Source of the DNA: a virus
Taxonomy: Duplodnaviria; Heunggongvirae; Uroviricota; Caudoviricetes
DNA length: 64,000 nucleotides
Virus record (IMG/VR): IMGVR_UViG_3300042549_004104
Span: 32,001-96,000 of that record
Direction: 5' to 3' (one strand)
Shown: piece by piece, positions 60,892 to 64,000 of the stretch
Position numbering within the stretch: position 1 is the first letter of the stretch
How the letters are laid out: the number at the start of each line of letters is the position of its first letter
Position numbers and translations under genes: made by a program
Notes under the pieces: model-generated
The model's input: only the letters and a program-made list of their open reading frames with translations
Told to the model about the DNA's origin: nothing
The model's database searches: none

Positions 60892-62676
60892 TTACATTGG
60901 GGGAGGCGGTGCTGAAGCGCCCGGTGGTGTACCTTGAGGCGGTGCAACGGCTGCACCTAACTCAGCTGGTTCTTGATTCATTCCGGCATTTTCATCTGAC
61001 ATATTATCTATAGCTTCACTATCAGTTTCCATGTCACCCTGACTAATACCAATACTACGTAAGTCACCACCTTGTGCTTCACTATCTTCTGGTTCTTCAC
61101 GTTCTTCAAACCATAAACGACTGTTTTCTTCAATTTCTTCTTCAGTTAAGCCTAAGAAACGTTGCATTGCAAATCGCTTGCTAATATATGGAAATTGTTC
61201 CATTGCTTGAAATACTGTTACACGTGCGGTGTCTAGTTCACTTTGACGATAGGCTGCAAAGTTTTGCGGTGCGTTGAATTTAATATCAAATAGACTTGAG
61301 TCAATATTAAATCCTCTCCAACGCATGAACAACTTAAATTCATCATTTAGCTTTTGACTAATATACTTTTGTAAACGTTCACAATATTGATTGAAACGAA
61401 ACTCTTGAATCATAGCAGTACCAACACGACCGTCACTCATTGGTGTTGGACTATCTTCTGGACCTGTTGGTAAATAGCTACTCGGAACACGCAATCCACG
61501 TGCTAGTCTGTTATTAAAATAACGCAAGTCATCAATCTCACCCAAGTTCTGTCCACCTTGTAGCATAGTGACATCACTACCACGTCCATCTGCTGTAACA
61601 GGAAAGAAGTAATCTTCGTTAATACTTAATGGATTGTATGTAGCATCTAACACTGATTGTCCACCTTGACTACTTGGAATACGTCTTTGGTGAATCTCAT
61701 TCTTAACTCTGTCAATAAATGCCATAGCCATATGACTTGGCATGTTACCAACGTCAATTTTAAAAACTCTGCGTTCTGGAGCACGACTGATACGATAGAT
61801 AAGAATCGCATCTTCTAATAATTCTTTTTGTTTGTATACTTTAAAAACGTTTTCTAAGATACTTTGTCCAAAAGGCCAATAACGGTCTAAACCTTCTGTC
61901 AAACTTAAATGTACAACATGTTTCGCATCAATTGCGGCTTCATTTAATCCTAAATTAAAACGACTACCTGTTGTCCCTGCATTTGTACTTGGTGCTGTAT
62001 ATCCGGCGCCAGCAAAACCGCCGCCTGTACCACCAAAGCCAGTAGCAGTGTTCATTCCAAAGTCTGTAGTTGTTTTTTCAGCAATACTTAAATTTTGTAA
62101 GTTAGGATTAATGTCTTTGATAACATATTGTTCCGGTAATTTACCTTCACTTTCGTTAACAATAACTTTGCTAACTTTGGTCATGTCAACCCAATATAGT
62201 TTGAAGTTTTCAGGGTCACGTACAAAAACTTGATCCCCATACTTGATAGTATTACGGAAGATTTTAAATGTTCTACTGTCTAATTCATTCAACTTACACC
62301 ACTGTTGTAATTGCTTTTTAATCAATTCAACTTCATGGGGTGTTGGTTCGTCACGAAATTCAATTTCAAATGGTGTGTTATTTTGGTCATTTTTCTGTGT
62401 ACTGAACTCAGCAATAATATCTAAACATGCATTAATTTCAGCATCTACATCCATCATTTCATATTGATTATAACGTTCAATACGATTTGGATGACCAGTG
62501 TAAACTTCTGGTAAACGACTTTGATAGTTCTTGTAACCAAATTCGTTATTATTATATCCACCGGTCGGTTGTGTGTTTAAACCGGCTTGTCCGTTCCATG
62601 CACCGGTATTATTATTATACCCGGAGATAGGACTTAATTGACCAGTAAGATTGGAAAAACGCTTTTTATATGACAT
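60892..62676 (-). CDS. gp20: portal protein (T4 gp20-like)
   Basis: LEDAILIYRISRAPERRVFKIDVGNMP, EDYFFP, GGQNLGEIDD..YF...L.VP.S. Confidence 0.95.
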   Translation of the reverse strand: MSYKKRFSNLTGQLSPISGYNNNTGAWNGQAGLNTQPTGGYNNNEFGYKNYQSRLPEVYTGHPNRIERYNQYEMMDVDAEINACLDIIAEFSTQKNDQNNTPFEIEFRDEPTPHEVELIKKQLQQWCKLNELDSRTFKIFRNTIKYGDQVFVRDPENFKLYWVDMTKVSKVIVNESEGKLPEQYVIKDINPNLQNLSIAEKTTTDFGMNTATGFGGTGGGFAGAGYTAPSTNAGTTGSRFNLGLNEAAIDAKHVVHLSLTEGLDRYWPFGQSILENVFKVYKQKELLEDAILIYRISRAPERRVFKIDVGNMPSHMAMAFIDRVKNEIHQRRIPSSQGGQSVLDATYNPLSINEDYFFPVTADGRGSDVTMLQGGQNLGEIDDLRYFNNRLARGLRVPSSYLPTGPEDSPTPMSDGRVGTAMIQEFRFNQYCERLQKYISQKLNDEFKLFMRWRGFNIDSSLFDIKFNAPQNFAAYRQSELDTARVTVFQAMEQFPYISKRFAMQRFLGLTEEEIEENSRLWFEEREEPEDSEAQGGDLRSIGISQGDMETDSEAIDNMSDENAGMNQEPAELGAAVAPPQGTPPGASAPPPPM

Positions 62677-62683
62677 AGTTAGA

Positions 62684-62691
62684 TATTTATC
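62684..62691 (-). promoter_or_regulatory. putative T4-like late promoter GATAAATA
   Basis: 7 nt upstream of the portal ATG. Confidence 0.6.
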
Positions 62692-62693
62692 AC

Positions 62694-64000
62694 TTACGCA
62701 CGGCTGTATGTCAATATTTCAGCTTGAATACTATTGTTATTACGTTGCTCACTTATTAAGGAATCCAATTTATTGCTAAACATATTAAACGCATCTGTTA
62801 ATTTAGATCCAGTATCACTCGTTATACCACCGGGTACTGTCTGAGTCATTAGTTCTTGCTTGTATTGTTCCAAACTAGTTTTCTGAACATCTTTCATTAC
62901 ATTGATTAAATCTTTTTCAAATTTTACATTTTCATTTTTCCCATGAAGCATAACCGGATAACCGGCATCTTTTTCACTAAACAATCCACCATGTTTACCG
63001 ACTTCACCAGAAAAATTTTCATTAGTCAAATTATTTGATTTAATTTTATTTTTGCTACTAAATGTATTAAATGCATCCGACAATTTAGACCATATATCAG
63101 TAGTTGTACCACTTGGCGATATTTGATCCATTAATTCGTCTTTGTATTTTTTTAAACTAGTTTTTTGAACATCTTTCATAAAAGTTGTTAGCTCTTTTTC
63201 AGGCCACACACTTTCATTTTTACCATGAAGCATAACTGGATATCCAGTATCTTTACCACTAAACAATCCACCTTGTCTAGCAACTTCAACGTGAAAGTGT
63301 CCACCTGTCCAACCACCTGATCTTTCTTTATACTCATTTTTAACGTAACTAGCACCTGTCATTCTTAATAGTTTAGCAATACGGTCACTTTCCTCACTAG
63401 TTGGATCGTATCCTAAACTAAAATCAAGTGCCTTTCCTACAAGATGTTTACTTTTTGAATTCTTGTCTCTACGGTCTTGGTGATATCGATCATTTAATGC
63501 AGTAAAGATAGCGTCAGGATACTCATCTTGAATTTTTTCTGCCATTGCCAAAAGAGCCGGGCTAGCTTCACCTCCGCCTGTTCTTTCAGCACGTTTGCCA
63601 CCAAAGTTTAATTTACTTAACACATCCTCTGAATTTCGACCTGCCATCGACGGAGCCAATGACTCTCCGGCTGCTTTACTTACATTTTGCTCTGGTTGGG
63701 ATAATCCAGATTTATCTGGTCTACTTGAAGAAGCGGATTCTTCAAAAAATTTACTTAAATTAGTAGGAGAAAGTCCTGGTATTATACCTTTACTTGACAT
63801 AAAATCAATAAAGTTTGCCATCATTTTAGCAAGAGCAGTTACGACAGTGTTTAATAAACCAAATACTGATACCAATCCCTTAGCTGCTTCTGCTAATAAT
63901 GCATCATACATTAAATTTTTTGCTCTATTTTGTTGTTCACTTTTTAAATTTGTTTCTGTTTGGTCTTCTTGCTTAACCATTGTCTCTATTATTGCTTTCA
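62694..64000 (-). CDS. C-terminal part of a tape-measure/baseplate-hub-like protein with a peptidase M15-like domain; 5'-truncated
   Basis: The frame stays open to the window edge (..KAIIETMVK..). SKHLVGKALDF...GHFHV Zn-peptidase motif; duplicated GGLFS.KD.GYPVMLHGKNE.V module. Confidence 0.6.
   Translation of the reverse strand, partial: KAIIETMVKQEDQTETNLKSEQQNRAKNLMYDALLAEAAKGLVSVFGLLNTVVTALAKMMANFIDFMSSKGIIPGLSPTNLSKFFEESASSSRPDKSGLSQPEQNVSKAAGESLAPSMAGRNSEDVLSKLNFGGKRAERTGGGEASPALLAMAEKIQDEYPDAIFTALNDRYHQDRRDKNSKSKHLVGKALDFSLGYDPTSEESDRIAKLLRMTGASYVKNEYKERSGGWTGGHFHVEVARQGGLFSGKDTGYPVMLHGKNESVWPEKELTTFMKDVQKTSLKKYKDELMDQISPSGTTTDIWSKLSDAFNTFSSKNKIKSNNLTNENFSGEVGKHGGLFSEKDAGYPVMLHGKNENVKFEKDLINVMKDVQKTSLEQYKQELMTQTVPGGITSDTGSKLTDAFNMFSNKLDSLISEQRNNNSIQAEILTYSRA

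Noticed and set aside
1207-62467. Numerous plus-strand ORFs of 60-260 aa (e.g. 59064..59849, 53929..54564, 25737..26237 and the Pro-rich ORFs opposite Gly-rich genes)
   Set aside because: They are antisense shadows of biased minus-strand genes (poly-Pro mirrors poly-Gly, Ser-rich mirrors Glu/Asp-rich), with no recognisable motifs.
1-64000. Stop-codon reassignment (the stops checked were TAA or TGA, none TAG)
   Set aside because: Genes up to 6.5 kb are intact under the standard code and coding density is near complete, so no readthrough is needed; TAG scarcity fits AT-rich bias.

Overview
The window is 64 kb of a large, AT-rich, T4-like (Caudoviricetes, probably myovirus) phage genome. All credible genes lie on the minus strand and read with the standard code. 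In transcription order (right to left) it holds: the 3' end of a tape-measure/baseplate-hub-like gene with an M15-type peptidase motif; the head module (portal gp20, an inserted SAM methyltransferase, an acidic core protein, protease gp21, scaffold gp22, major capsid gp23 with a C(UUCG)G terminator); an uninterrupted ~50 kb cluster of ~28 fibre/adhesin genes (5.6-56 kb); and nrdA, nrdB, glutaredoxin, an Sm-like protein, a PAAR spike tip and a truncated gene. The most striking feature is the grammar of the fibre cluster. Five consecutive genes share an N-terminal F-N-x-x-x-G peptide and the first four share a C-terminal domain. A three-gene 'FG(G)-tail / 120-aa PN(L/I) protein / tip' module occurs three times. 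Seven polyglycine adhesin domains carry recombinant allele combinations. Two six-LamG proteins have near-identical linker DNA around divergent lectin cores. The shaft proteins are dense in N-x-S/T sequons. Together this suggests a modular, branched, recombination-diversified and possibly glycosylated adhesin apparatus; that is inference and untested. Family calls come from motif recognition by eye; no searches were run. No tRNA, CRISPR array, intron, intein or DGR was seen.
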